A program made the translations under genes and the position numbers. A DNA stretch of 64,000 nt from a phage: NCBI GenBank assembly GCA_029742005.1, contig GCA_029742005.1_4113.1. One strand, written 5' to 3'. The notes under the pieces are model-generated. The model was not told the origin of the DNA. It ran no database searches and was given only the letters and a program-made list of their open reading frames with translations. Within the stretch, counting starts at the first letter, position 1, and the number at the start of each line of letters is the position of its first letter. This document shows, in pieces, positions 12,467 to 22,377 of this stretch.

Positions 12467-13051
12467 ATGAATGTTATTGATAATAGATTAGTACTGAAAA
12501 ATGGAAAAATGACTGTTAAGTTATATAAAGATGAAGCAGATTCTTTTATGGCAAAAGCGATTGAAAAATCAGAACGATATAAACTTTTGGCTCCAGCCAG
12601 TAAATCGCCATATGGTTTTAATCATGCACATAGTCATTTTGTTGGTATGGTATGTGAGCACGCATCTTTAGTACTTTTTAATGAAATTGAAAACAATACT
12701 GGTATTAAACTTAATATCGATCCAGCATTCCAAAATGAAGCACGTGACGGTGAATGTGATATTAAGGTAAACAACCTTCGTATTGAAGTAAAAGGTATCA
12801 AGTATAAATCATGGACTGACTTTGGACCATGTGTTAGTACTCGACAGTTAAAAAATATCCAGAAAAAAGCTGACGTAATACTATGGGTATTGTATAATGA
12901 GAAAAAACAAGAGTTCACGTTTGAGGGATTCAACTATGTAAAAGATATTAGTTCTATCCCAGTTATCCTCACTGGTGTACCAGGGCGACCAATGATTGAA
13001 AATCACCCAGTACTCGGTATTATGAAACCACTACAGGAGTTACCATTGTGA
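12467..13051 (+). CDS. hypothetical protein, possible PD-(D/E)xK-like nuclease
   Basis: ORF track; weak motif ARDGECDIKV...EVKG. Confidence 0.45.
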   Translation: MNVIDNRLVLKNGKMTVKLYKDEADSFMAKAIEKSERYKLLAPASKSPYGFNHAHSHFVGMVCEHASLVLFNEIENNTGIKLNIDPAFQNEARDGECDIKVNNLRIEVKGIKYKSWTDFGPCVSTRQLKNIQKKADVILWVLYNEKKQEFTFEGFNYVKDISSIPVILTGVPGRPMIENHPVLGIMKPLQELPL

Positions 13052-13275
13052 TTACTGCAACTGTATATCAAGATATCAATGAAGAATTTCATTCTAAAAT
13101 TGCGTTCTTATCATTTCCTGTACTCCCAGCAGTTGGGTCAACGTTGAATCTTACCATTTGTGGTTTTGAGAAATATTATAAAGTACTAGATATTGAGTAC
13201 TGTGCTGATGTATATTCATGTAATAGTGAAATTGCAATTCCAGTATCAATCGATATTATTGTAAAAGAGGTTTGA
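13048..13275 (+). CDS. hypothetical protein (75 aa)
   Basis: ORF track; coupled start. Confidence 0.45.
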   Translation: MITATVYQDINEEFHSKIAFLSFPVLPAVGSTLNLTICGFEKYYKVLDIEYCADVYSCNSEIAIPVSIDIIVKEV

Positions 13276-13277
13276 TT

Positions 13278-13733
13278 ATGTTTAAGAATTTTATGGTTAT
13301 CGTAGCAGTACTGTTTGGTACATCATGTTTCATTTCCCCAGTACACGCAGAAGAACAACGTCAAACTATTAAAACTATTGGGACTGGTAAAACTCCCCCT
13401 AAACGTACTGCTGAAGAATACATGCCTGAAATGCGTGAACGTTATCGTCAGACATACAGGGAAAAACATGCTAATGATAAACCCATCAAGAAGCATAAAT
13501 GGGAAGTTGTTAAATCTCCTTCATTTTGTGCTGGATATGCTAAAGTAAAGATTGAGCAGCACAAAAAACAGTACTATAAAGATATGTATTACTTCTATGA
13601 CTCCAGAATTTCTGACACAGATATGATGGCAGGGAAGGTTGATAAAGAAGAATTTCTACAAGGCTATGATATGATGGACGATGACAAAATCATGGAATGC
13701 GTTGAAGTGTATGAAAAATACAGAGGCTTCTGA
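13278..13733 (+). CDS. secreted hypothetical protein
   Basis: Signal-peptide-like N-terminus MFKNFMVIVAVLFGTSCFISPVHA. Confidence 0.55.
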   Translation: MFKNFMVIVAVLFGTSCFISPVHAEEQRQTIKTIGTGKTPPKRTAEEYMPEMRERYRQTYREKHANDKPIKKHKWEVVKSPSFCAGYAKVKIEQHKKQYYKDMYYFYDSRISDTDMMAGKVDKEEFLQGYDMMDDDKIMECVEVYEKYRGF

Positions 13734-14209
13734 TGTTAACAATAGTGTTGTTGGTAAGTCCATTTGTGTATTTTGTGCTGTATAATATTTTTAGTAATGC
13801 TAATCATTTTAAATATGCACAAACAATTGCAAAACATGAAGGATTTTGGAATTTTTTCCCAGCGTTACTATGCTCATATCTATACCATGAACGCTATTTC
13901 ATTTTCCCTGAATATAAAAATTATGGTTATGATTCTAAAGTAAATGGTATAATTGAGTACTGTATAAGAAATTATCTTAATAATAATGATAACGTCCAAG
14001 TAAGAATAGGAAATGGTAATATACCAAGAATAGTTTTCATACCTGATATACAAGACCCAATATACTTATATCCATATGATTATAGTATTAGTGTAGGTTG
14101 TTCGATACATGGTAGTAAATCTATGTACGATTACTTTATCTTACCACCAACACAAATTAGATTAATAGAAAAATATTTGATGGAAAAGTTTGACAACAAA
14201 GATTCTTAG
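13733..14209 (+). CDS. hypothetical protein with N-terminal TM segment
   Basis: ORF track. Confidence 0.5.
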   Translation: MLTIVLLVSPFVYFVLYNIFSNANHFKYAQTIAKHEGFWNFFPALLCSYLYHERYFIFPEYKNYGYDSKVNGIIEYCIRNYLNNNDNVQVRIGNGNIPRIVFIPDIQDPIYLYPYDYSISVGCSIHGSKSMYDYFILPPTQIRLIEKYLMEKFDNKDS

Positions 14210-14250
14210 TATTATAATTAACACACCAAGTAACCCAAGGGGGATGGAAA

Positions 14251-14709
14251 ATGGATGTATTAGCTACAAATTTCAAACGTAATGTTGAAGAGCGTGAAGG
14301 TTATTTTAGTATTAGTGAAGTTGTCGATGACAATTTTAAACAATACATTTTTAATAGTGCAATTAAATTAAAATGCACAAAGGATTCACCTGATCGTAGC
14401 TTTACTAAATGGATTGCATATTGGGAGGATTCACCAGTTGCAATTGAAATGACTGTGATTACAACAGTACTTGAAACTGGTTACATCAAAGCCATTATAG
14501 TTGATAAGAAAGTCCGTACTCTTGATGAAATTAATCCATATCCAGCCCGAAATTCTAAAGTTTTTGGTGTGTTGGTTGATGGTAAATTTATGATAGAAAA
14601 AGATGCAAAGGAATATGTAATTAATAAACTTCAAACTACATCAGAAAAAAAGGAAGTATTGGATCAAAACTCTGTTGATGCAATCAAAAAAGCATGGGGA
14701 CTAAAGTAA
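14251..14709 (+). CDS. hypothetical protein (152 aa)
   Basis: ORF track; GGGGGA RBS. Confidence 0.55.
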   Translation: MDVLATNFKRNVEEREGYFSISEVVDDNFKQYIFNSAIKLKCTKDSPDRSFTKWIAYWEDSPVAIEMTVITTVLETGYIKAIIVDKKVRTLDEINPYPARNSKVFGVLVDGKFMIEKDAKEYVINKLQTTSEKKEVLDQNSVDAIKKAWGLK

Positions 14710-14710
14710 T

Positions 14711-15133
14711 ATGTTCACACTAAGTAATGCAAAATATCTTTTTCTTATTAGTATTATTGGTTGGGTTATGGCTCCAGTGCTAAATGCACTGGGGTTTTCC
14801 GATGAACATAAACTTTTAAATGTTTCAGGTTTAATTCAGGGTATTTCATGGTATACATTAATTACATTTTCAGTGTGCATCAATACATTTGCCCGTGAAC
14901 ATCGACGTTTGTTATATCTGAAAGTATTTGGAACTACCCGATATAGTTTTGTTTACACTTTCATTTTAGTACCGTGTATGTTATATGCATTTGTATTTGA
15001 TTACTATACATATCTATGGGTATGTGGAACTATGTTTGTTATGTTGGAATACATCAGAACTGTTCAAAACTCATATGCCGATGAATTTCATGATCTAGAA
15101 GTTAAACGAAAATTAACGGAGCTAAACAAATGA
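14711..15133 (+). CDS. integral membrane protein
   Basis: ORF track; multiple hydrophobic segments. Confidence 0.5.
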   Translation: MFTLSNAKYLFLISIIGWVMAPVLNALGFSDEHKLLNVSGLIQGISWYTLITFSVCINTFAREHRRLLYLKVFGTTRYSFVYTFILVPCMLYAFVFDYYTYLWVCGTMFVMLEYIRTVQNSYADEFHDLEVKRKLTELNK

Positions 15134-15555
15134 GAGGTTATAATAAGATTTGTATTTTTGTATTTTTAGTTTGTGCATTCAATTCGTTTGGTTACTACTG
15201 TACAGAAAATAATATTTCATATGGTTTAAATCCTTTGTGGTTTACAATTTCTAATGTAGCACAAATTGGTATTGCTCTTATGTCTGCACTTATGTTCTGT
15301 CCAATTGTCACTATGGATACTGATCATGAAAGGCTTGGATTTCTCCGTGATACTGGAGACGAACCTTACAGTAGATTGATTGTGTTGTATCCATTTATTG
15401 TTATTTTAGGTACTAACATCCAACTTGGGTCATTATCTAATAGTGTTACATCAGCAGCTATTGCTATATTTGCATTCACATTTTTTATGGTACACAAATC
15501 AGTACTTAATTGGTATATCACAAAAATGGCAGAAGAAGGTACTAAAAATACTTGA
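15130..15555 (+). CDS. integral membrane protein
   Basis: ORF track; multiple hydrophobic segments. Confidence 0.5.
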   Translation: MRGYNKICIFVFLVCAFNSFGYYCTENNISYGLNPLWFTISNVAQIGIALMSALMFCPIVTMDTDHERLGFLRDTGDEPYSRLIVLYPFIVILGTNIQLGSLSNSVTSAAIAIFAFTFFMVHKSVLNWYITKMAEEGTKNT

Positions 15556-15580
15556 CATAATTTAGTATGTTATATATAAT
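15552..15580 (+). promoter_or_regulatory. sigma-70-like promoter
   Basis: TTGACA-N17-TATAAT. Confidence 0.5.
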
Positions 15581-15614
15581 TATTTTGTTAAAAACAAATT
15601 AGAGTAAGGAACTT

Positions 15615-15866
15615 ATGAACATCGATAAGGTCAAAGAACTTAGTGCTGCACTAATTAAGAATGAAGAAGTTTGTGAAGAACTTCGCAGTACTATCAAAGT
15701 TGAGTACGCACGACTCCAAGGTATGCTTCAAGAATCAGAATGGGTAGTAACTAAATCTATCGAAGCAATCTATAAGGATATCGAATCCCTTTTCAACAAG
15801 AAAAGTAAGATTGAATCTGATTCATATAACAAACGTAAAGAGTTATCTACTGCACTTGGTATCTAA
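15615..15866 (+). CDS. hypothetical protein (83 aa)
   Basis: ORF track; AAGGAA RBS. Confidence 0.5.
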   Translation: MNIDKVKELSAALIKNEEVCEELRSTIKVEYARLQGMLQESEWVVTKSIEAIYKDIESLFNKKSKIESDSYNKRKELSTALGI

Positions 15867-15940
15867 AAGTATTTGACATAACAAATAATATGGAGTACAA
15901 TGTGCTCCTAATTTAATTATCAGCTAAAAAGGAAAACATT

Positions 15941-16201
15941 ATGAAATCTATTCTCGTTGCAGTTAACCTGGTTGCTTCCCCATCTTTCAACTTCAAACAA
16001 GTTGTTGCTGATAATCTGAAGAAGATCTGTCCAAACGCTGAATTAACTTTCTGTGTGTTTGATTCAGAAAAAGTAACTAAAGTTGATCTAAACTATCTTT
16101 TGAACGAAGTAAAAAGCGTTTCTGGTGAAAGTAACTTAAAAGTTCTTCATGATATTGCTGATGATTATGATGATACACTTGTAATTTCGGAGAAATTCTA
16201 A
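15941..16201 (+). CDS. hypothetical protein (86 aa)
   Basis: ORF track; AAGGAAA RBS. Confidence 0.5.
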   Translation: MKSILVAVNLVASPSFNFKQVVADNLKKICPNAELTFCVFDSEKVTKVDLNYLLNEVKSVSGESNLKVLHDIADDYDDTLVISEKF

Positions 16202-16206
16202 ATAAA

Positions 16207-16626
16207 ATGTTTAGATTTCTTCAGTACTTAATCATTAAGTTCTTTGGTTATCATACGATTGAAGGAAAAGCTACACTTGCACATAAAATCTTTGTAGCAT
16301 TATGTACGGGTGATTATGACGTATTGAATAAGTACTGTAAATCGCAAGCATGTATTGATATAATGGCACTTCGTATCTATGAGTGCCAGTTCAATAGATA
16401 TAATTTTTACCAGTACAGATTTGATAAAGAAGAATTTGATAGCATCAAAATGCTAAAGAATTTATGTAACAATAAAAAGAATATGCATATATCAGAATTT
16501 GTTGCTTTGTATTTTTATTTAAAAAGTTCATTGTATATGAACACGATGCAAAGATTCGATACTAGAATTAATGTATTCACCGATAAAGAATTTTATATAT
16601 ACGATAAATTCTTAGATAAGGTTTAA
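16207..16626 (+). CDS. hypothetical protein (139 aa)
   Basis: ORF track. Confidence 0.5.
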   Translation: MFRFLQYLIIKFFGYHTIEGKATLAHKIFVALCTGDYDVLNKYCKSQACIDIMALRIYECQFNRYNFYQYRFDKEEFDSIKMLKNLCNNKKNMHISEFVALYFYLKSSLYMNTMQRFDTRINVFTDKEFYIYDKFLDKV

Positions 16627-16627
16627 T

Positions 16628-17125
16628 ATGACAACTGTTTATATTGATAAACGATTAAATTTATTGATTACCGATTCTAGAGTTACGTCAACTATACCAC
16701 GAAACTTATTTGGTTTTTTTCCACTAAGACCAAAATATCAATATGGAGTTGTTAATCAAAAAACTTTATATGTACATGACCGTTTATTCAGTGCTAGTGG
16801 GGCAGTAAGTGAAATTGATAAAGTACTGGATTGGTTAATTAATAAAGTACCAGTTATACCTGACAGAAAGTTAAGTTGCCATTGTGTGCTTCTTTCTAAA
16901 GATTATGTTATTCATATGATTTTAACTAAAGGAAAGTTTATTAAAAAACTTGAATATCTACATGAAGACTACACTTTCTTTATGGGAAGTGGTGGAGAAT
17001 ACATGGTAGATGCTGCTATTCATGAAGAACATACAACTTTATATGATAAAGTGTTTAGTACTTTCATGGATGTGCATAACCATGATTGCTTCACAGATGA
17101 TAATATTAATGTATATCGATTTTGA
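16628..17125 (+). CDS. hypothetical protein (165 aa)
   Basis: ORF track. Confidence 0.5.
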   Translation: MTTVYIDKRLNLLITDSRVTSTIPRNLFGFFPLRPKYQYGVVNQKTLYVHDRLFSASGAVSEIDKVLDWLINKVPVIPDRKLSCHCVLLSKDYVIHMILTKGKFIKKLEYLHEDYTFFMGSGGEYMVDAAIHEEHTTLYDKVFSTFMDVHNHDCFTDDNINVYRF

Positions 17126-17146
17126 TTTCGTCATTAGGAGATGTAA

Positions 17147-18112
17147 GTGAAAAAGCTTGATTTAAATACAATTGCCGAAGAAGTTCTGGATGAATGTTTT
17201 GCTAATGAAGAAGTCAACACACTAGAAGCCTTAGATTTCGTTGAAGATAAAGATGAAAATGAAGGTAAAGTACAAAGCAGTTTCAAATATAATATTACAC
17301 TTAAGCGACCACCAAATGTTTCCAATGAAGATCTAATTCGTGATATTCAAGCTGGTATCAATGTAAAGAAAAACACTGAACTGTTAGTTCGTTACAATTA
17401 TGGACTGATTATTGATGTAGCAAGTAAATGTACTTGTTATATCCCATTTGAAGATAAGATTTCATATGGTGTTGAGGGGTTCATGAGAGCACTAAAAACC
17501 TTTGATCTTAATAAGAATGTGAAGTTCATTACCTATGCTTCTTCTAGTATTTACATGACAGTTTATAACGAAAGTTCTGACGCTAACTATATGGTACACT
17601 TCCCACGTTATATGAGTGTTCATAAGATCAAAGTAAAAAGATTCTGCCAGGAATATATGCGTAAACATGGTGTTCGCCCAACTCCTGAAATAATCTCAGA
17701 GGGTACTGGGATTGAGATTCAGCATGTTAATAATTGTTTGTTATTTCAAAGCGAATACACTTCACTGGATGCACCATTAGACGGTGTTACAGATGGTACA
17801 CTAGGTGACATTATTCATTCACCTGCTTCTGATTTTAACCTCAATGTTGATAGTATTCGTGCACCTTTACGTTATGCTATCAATGAACTGACTAACGAAT
17901 TGAGTACTAAAGAACGTGAGATTATCCAGCGTGTTCATGGTCTAGGTGAATATGAACCTGAAACGCTTCGTGAGATTGCTGATAATGGTTTTGTTGATGA
18001 TAATGGAAAATATGTTAAATCCCGTTCATCAATACACCGAAAGTACAGTGAAGCTATGCAAAAGCTTAAGAAGCTAGTACTTGCAAAAGGGTACGAATAC
18101 GAAGATTTCTAA
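17147..18112 (+). CDS. sigma-70 family RNA polymerase sigma factor (GTG start)
   Basis: Region-2-like LVRYNYGLIIDVASK and FITYASSSIYMTVYN, region-4 HTH-like LSTKEREIIQRVHGLGEYEPETLREIADNGFV...KSRSSIHRKYSEAMQKLKK; RBS TAGGAG before GTG. Confidence 0.65.
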   Translation: MKKLDLNTIAEEVLDECFANEEVNTLEALDFVEDKDENEGKVQSSFKYNITLKRPPNVSNEDLIRDIQAGINVKKNTELLVRYNYGLIIDVASKCTCYIPFEDKISYGVEGFMRALKTFDLNKNVKFITYASSSIYMTVYNESSDANYMVHFPRYMSVHKIKVKRFCQEYMRKHGVRPTPEIISEGTGIEIQHVNNCLLFQSEYTSLDAPLDGVTDGTLGDIIHSPASDFNLNVDSIRAPLRYAINELTNELSTKEREIIQRVHGLGEYEPETLREIADNGFVDDNGKYVKSRSSIHRKYSEAMQKLKKLVLAKGYEYEDF

Positions 18113-18120
18113 AGAAAAAA

Positions 18121-18146
18121 GGTTGGCATAAGCCAACCTTTTTTTA
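18121..18146 (+). terminator. rho-independent terminator
   Basis: GGTTGGC-ATAA-GCCAACC followed by TTTTTTT. Confidence 0.7.
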
Positions 18147-18671
18147 TGGGATGAAGTAAAAGTTTGTGATATAATTATCTTGTACAATTCTGTTGGCATG
18201 ATATTCATGTACCTGATCCACTCGAAAACGTAGAGGGCAGTTGAGCAGTCCGACAGTGCGAACAGCAAAAGAAACCCGTTAGATGTGGGCATAGTTTGAA
18301 CCCCTCACGGCAATGCGGCTGTATAAAGAACCACGTTAGGATAGCTGGTGGTTCCTTGATAGACATATAAGGATAACACCTTACGAATTATCTAAGGGAG
18401 AGTTATCAAATTTTGTACAGGAAAGTTGCGTCCAGAATTTGAGTACTCACATTAAGTATTTGATTGCATAGATACTTAATGAAGATACACTATGTTTAAA
18501 AGTGTAGACCGTCATATGAAACTGAAGTAGAGAGAAACAGGATGACCCGCTTTCGCACTCGTTATGAGTAATCTTCAATGCAATAGCTCTGATACCATCA
18601 GCGTCAAATTTCCCTCCTTGTGGGGGGGGAAGAAAAATCCCTTCCTCAAATCCCGTCAATATTAAAAGTCC

Positions 18672-18700
18672 TTGACAGTTATTAATCATTCGCGTAGAAT
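18672..18700 (+). promoter_or_regulatory. sigma-70-like promoter
   Basis: TTGACA-N17-TAGAAT upstream of ORF 18765. Confidence 0.5.
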
Positions 18701-18764
18701 ACGTAGTATTAGAAGCGAACAGACATCTCTTCGAGATGGATGATTAACCATTAAGGAATATCAA

Positions 18765-18974
18765 ATGAATTCAGTAATCTTTTTAGTAGTCGCTTTCTCT
18801 GTTAATTCCGGTGTACAAATAACCCCAATGAATTCCATGAATCAATGCATAGCAGTACGTGATAGTACATACGAACAAGTAAACAAAGATATTTGGATTA
18901 CAGTTAATAAAGAACAAATGTGGTGTTACAATAGTAATACTAACACAAAGCTTATTGTAGGACAAACTCAATGA
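18765..18974 (+). CDS. secreted small protein
   Basis: ORF track; hydrophobic N-terminus MNSVIFLVVAFSVNS. Confidence 0.5.
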   Translation: MNSVIFLVVAFSVNSGVQITPMNSMNQCIAVRDSTYEQVNKDIWITVNKEQMWCYNSNTNTKLIVGQTQ

Positions 18975-19201
18975 GTTATGGTGTTCGTTTTGAGATTCGT
19001 TCTATTGTCATCGATGCAGAGAAACAAGTATCGTTAGATGGTGATATACGTGAAATTTATCTATCATGTATCCGTGCGAAATCTGAAGCAGATGCCTTAG
19101 TACAAATGTATAGTTTTAACTTTTCAAATGGATTCTATTTGGTACGAGTTGTTGAAGTTAAAAAAGTAATTCTTGGTTGTTGCATAGAAGGAATAATGTA
19201 A
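18971..19201 (+). CDS. hypothetical protein (76 aa)
   Basis: ORF track. Confidence 0.5.
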   Translation: MSYGVRFEIRSIVIDAEKQVSLDGDIREIYLSCIRAKSEADALVQMYSFNFSNGFYLVRVVEVKKVILGCCIEGIM

Positions 19202-19990
19202 ATGAGCACTATCGATGAACTGATTCAACGGAATTCAAAATATTACCAACCATCAGAAATTGTGGATAACATTACTAAATCTGAGTTTGGACCGAACACA
19301 CGCAAACTCATTCATGTAATGTCACGTGATGGCTTTAAATGTGATTGTTGTGGTGAATCAAATGTAGTATTCACTTTACACAAGCACAGTACTAAAGAAC
19401 GTTATAAATTCAGACATTATGTACTTAAAGGGAAACGTCTTGTACGCATGACGTTAGACCATAACGTACTGGACTGTCTTCAGGGCGGTAATGATAAAGA
19501 GAACATGACTGCACTGTGTGAAGATTGTAACGCATTACGCCAGCATAAGTTTGCTGAATACAGTGAGTTTAAACACTGGTATCATAACGCGGATCGTTCA
19601 ATCGAGCCTGACGTTAACTACTGCTTCATTGAGTACATTAAGAATGCAAAAGATACATACATTCTTAAATCAATGTCACCTATTACCGTGTTTCCTGAGA
19701 ACCTATTCACTACATTAAAGAATAGTTTTATTGTAGGTGATATTGATGCATTCAAGTATTTTGACAAAGGTGCAAAACATTTTGAAATTCAATGTCTTAG
19801 TACTGCACTATGTGAACTCATTAAAATTTACATAAAAGAGTATTTGGGTATTGACAATGTACGTGTACCAGAGTATACTTTTTCTATTGAATTCGATTGT
19901 GAATCAATCAAAGAGTTTGGAATTCTTTTCAATAAACAAATAGAACTTGCAATTCAAAACGAAATCAAGTACTATACTACTAACATTTAA
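19202..19990 (+). CDS. HNH endonuclease-like protein
   Basis: CDCCGE ... LDHNVLDCLQGGNDKENMTALCEDCNALR motif. Confidence 0.6.
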   Translation: MSTIDELIQRNSKYYQPSEIVDNITKSEFGPNTRKLIHVMSRDGFKCDCCGESNVVFTLHKHSTKERYKFRHYVLKGKRLVRMTLDHNVLDCLQGGNDKENMTALCEDCNALRQHKFAEYSEFKHWYHNADRSIEPDVNYCFIEYIKNAKDTYILKSMSPITVFPENLFTTLKNSFIVGDIDAFKYFDKGAKHFEIQCLSTALCELIKIYIKEYLGIDNVRVPEYTFSIEFDCESIKEFGILFNKQIELAIQNEIKYYTTNI

Positions 19991-20005
19991 TCAGAGGAAA
20001 TTATC

Positions 20006-20188
20006 ATGCAAATCATCATTCTTATCGTTGGTATCATGTTAGGTGTTTATGGTCACTCATGGATGAACGAGAAGTTTCCTAATACGCGTCCTGAATATTG
20101 CAGTACTAATGTATTCCAGAATGGTGAGAAACCAAAGGAAAGTATTGGTAAAAAGCTGGACAAAGTACTTGATGTAATCAACGAATAA
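20006..20188 (+). CDS. small membrane protein
   Basis: ORF track; N-terminal TM MQIIILIVGIMLGVYG. Confidence 0.45.
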   Translation: MQIIILIVGIMLGVYGHSWMNEKFPNTRPEYCSTNVFQNGEKPKESIGKKLDKVLDVINE

Positions 20189-20197
20189 GGGGAAAGT

Positions 20198-20398
20198 ATG
20201 TTTAAATCAAATTCGAATGTTGGTAAGAAGGTTCAATTACTTGAGGATGTATCCACTCTGAGTGGGATTTTCCCAAGAGGTCACATCATGACTATTATTG
20301 CCGAAACATCCCGTGGTTGGGACTTGGAAGATGCTGATGGTAATCGCATCCTTGAGGCTGGCTTCTATGGTCATCGTGAATATAAAATTATCGATTAA
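20198..20398 (+). CDS. hypothetical protein (66 aa)
   Basis: ORF track. Confidence 0.45.
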   Translation: MFKSNSNVGKKVQLLEDVSTLSGIFPRGHIMTIIAETSRGWDLEDADGNRILEAGFYGHREYKIID

Positions 20399-20494
20399 GG
20401 ATATAAAATGATGTTAGAGGCTATCGTTGGTATTGTTAGTTTTAGTCATCTGTGTTGCTTGCTTTGGGTATATGATGATTTTTGGTGATTAATA

Positions 20495-20522
20495 CTTGAC
20501 AGAAGATATCAGTACTGTATAA
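20495..20522 (+). promoter_or_regulatory. sigma-70-like early promoter (class A)
   Basis: TTGACAGAAGATATCAGTACTGTATAAT. Confidence 0.6.
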
Positions 20523-20568
20523 TGTTTATATCAAACGAAATCCACTTTAACAAATGATAGGAAATATT

Positions 20569-20847
20569 ATGTCTTTTTCTAAAGAAGAACGTGACCTTAT
20601 TAAAAAAGCAATTTGGTTTTATGCTAATGAAGGGAAGTGCGATGAAGAAAAAGCACGTGAACTGTGTAATATCCTTGAGAAGAAACAAGAACTGAAAGTG
20701 TTTCGTATCCGTGATTTGGATGAAGGGGATCGTATTGTCCTAGCTGAAACAAAAGAAGAAGCAGAACAAATCTTCACTGATAAAAACGAAAATCCACATT
20801 GGATGGAAGAAGTCTGTGATGTTAAAAAAGGTACTTATATCGATTGA
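20569..20847 (+). CDS. hypothetical protein
   Basis: ORF track with start moved to MSFSKEER. Confidence 0.5.
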   Translation: MSFSKEERDLIKKAIWFYANEGKCDEEKARELCNILEKKQELKVFRIRDLDEGDRIVLAETKEEAEQIFTDKNENPHWMEEVCDVKKGTYID

Positions 20848-20872
20848 CAGTACTGAATAATAGCAGTATAAT
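20844..20872 (+). promoter_or_regulatory. sigma-70-like early promoter (class A)
   Basis: TTGACAGTACTGAATAATAGCAGTATAAT, 17-bp spacer. Confidence 0.55.
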
Positions 20873-20965
20873 GTTTATATCAAAGGGAATGCAGTGAAAG
20901 GAAAGACAGCATAATCGTACTCGTCACTGCGTTCCCGCCCTTTTAAATTAAATGAGGAATTAACT

Positions 20966-21274
20966 ATGTTTCAAACTAACACTCAAGGTTTTGTAATCAT
21001 CGATTTGAATCAAAACAGCGGTTATTGGATGAAACCTACTGACGCATGTATGCAGTTTGATTTCTTAGGTTACAGAATTAGTGTAAGTACTGGTGCTTCT
21101 GTACTGAGAGGTGGTTGTATCGTTGAACATCTGGTAACTGATCCAGAAGGTCGTGAGTATGAAATCGCAGGTTCAGTACAAGATGCCATTATGTTTGTAT
21201 GTCAGCGTGAAATGAATGGTTCGAATTCAAATGCACTGACTCATGCTCTTTCTCAAGAAGTGGAGGTTCGTTAA
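20966..21274 (+). CDS. hypothetical protein (102 aa)
   Basis: ORF track; GAGGAA RBS. Confidence 0.5.
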   Translation: MFQTNTQGFVIIDLNQNSGYWMKPTDACMQFDFLGYRISVSTGASVLRGGCIVEHLVTDPEGREYEIAGSVQDAIMFVCQREMNGSNSNALTHALSQEVEVR

Positions 21275-21519
21275 TGAAATATATTGTAGCAGTACTAATC
21301 GCTTTTCTACTCACTGCATGTGATGCTTCTACCAAAGAACGTACAAGTGATTTTGTTCTACCTGCTGAATTAAAAGAAGCAGGGTGTAAGATTTATCGTA
21401 TGCAACAAGATGGTGCTGGTGCGACTTTGTACACTGTGTACTGTCCTAATGCAAACACTTCTACGTCGCATACGAGTGGGAAAATTCGTATGAATACATC
21501 AGTGGTTCATGGAGAATAA
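21274..21519 (+). CDS. putative lipoprotein
   Basis: Signal peptide plus lipobox-like LLTAC (MKYIVAVLIAFLLTACDAS). Confidence 0.55.
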   Translation: MKYIVAVLIAFLLTACDASTKERTSDFVLPAELKEAGCKIYRMQQDGAGATLYTVYCPNANTSTSHTSGKIRMNTSVVHGE

Positions 21520-21521
21520 CA

Positions 21522-21890
21522 ATGAGTCTTGATACAACTCGTGCAGCAAATATCTTAGAACGTTTGAATGATGAAGAATATCTTGCTAATGCAAAATATC
21601 AGCTTGAAAAACTCATTCGAAATGTAAAATATGTTGATATCACTACACAGCTTCCACTAGATGAATATCATAAGCTAAACGAAAATATTGTATATCACCC
21701 AAATGAAATTTGGATTGAGTGGGAATCATGGACCCATTCGGTTCTCCGTATCGAGGGCTATTGTGTGAAATATGAAAGTTCACCAGGTGATTTTACAAAA
21801 AAACTGTCGATATTGTGCACTGACACACATGAAATAGTTGAGGTGAATTTGAATCATATGAAGGGTTGCCGTTGGGGAGATCTTAAATGA
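21522..21890 (+). CDS. hypothetical protein (122 aa)
   Basis: ORF track. Confidence 0.5.
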   Translation: MSLDTTRAANILERLNDEEYLANAKYQLEKLIRNVKYVDITTQLPLDEYHKLNENIVYHPNEIWIEWESWTHSVLRIEGYCVKYESSPGDFTKKLSILCTDTHEIVEVNLNHMKGCRWGDLK

Positions 21891-22162
21891 TTAAAAAACT
21901 ATTGACTGTGTTTGTTGTATTCTGTACAATGTTTCTTACAGCATGTAATGATGACGGCAGGTTTAGTGCAAAAGACTTAGTTCGTCAGGATTGTACATTC
22001 ACAGGCAAGTCTTTTATTAACGAGTATGAAATATGTACACAATCAGGTCGTATCTGTGGTGGTTGGGAAAAACGTCAGGAGCGATTGTATGTATATGAAT
22101 GCCCTGGACATCACAACAAAGTACTAAGCACACACAAACTTGTTTATGATAAGGTTGAATAA
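21887..22162 (+). CDS. putative lipoprotein
   Basis: Signal peptide plus lipobox-like FLTAC (MIKKLLTVFVVFCTMFLTACNDD). Confidence 0.55.
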   Translation: MIKKLLTVFVVFCTMFLTACNDDGRFSAKDLVRQDCTFTGKSFINEYEICTQSGRICGGWEKRQERLYVYECPGHHNKVLSTHKLVYDKVE

Positions 22163-22377
22163 TGACTACCAATGAAATGATGCAGGTTATTTGGGATAAA
22201 GGTTGTGATATTAAAATCACTAGTACTGATGTTCGTGTATTCAAAACTGAATATATGGAGTACTTGGATCTTGATACTTATAATAATATTGTATCAATCG
22301 AACACAAAGGTGCAGTACTGGAAACGATTGATGTAGTACTCAAGAAAGCTACCGACCTATTAGGAGTGGCAGTGTGA
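22162..22377 (+). CDS. hypothetical protein (71 aa)
   Basis: ORF track. Confidence 0.5.
   Translation: MTTNEMMQVIWDKGCDIKITSTDVRVFKTEYMEYLDLDTYNNIVSIEHKGAVLETIDVVLKKATDLLGVAV

Noticed and set aside
12634-12933. Minus-strand ORF inside plus-strand gene 12467..13051
   Set aside because: Fully nested antisense ORF; no independent signals.
18147-18671. Group I intron in the ORF-free island
   Set aside because: Flanking genes are complete and separated by a terminator and a promoter, so nothing is interrupted; no intron core elements were identified by eye.
18074-18689. Minus-strand ORFs 18074..18292 and 18447..18689
   Set aside because: The first overlaps the plus-strand terminator and gene end; the second is the only candidate in the island but lacks an RBS and any recognisable motif.
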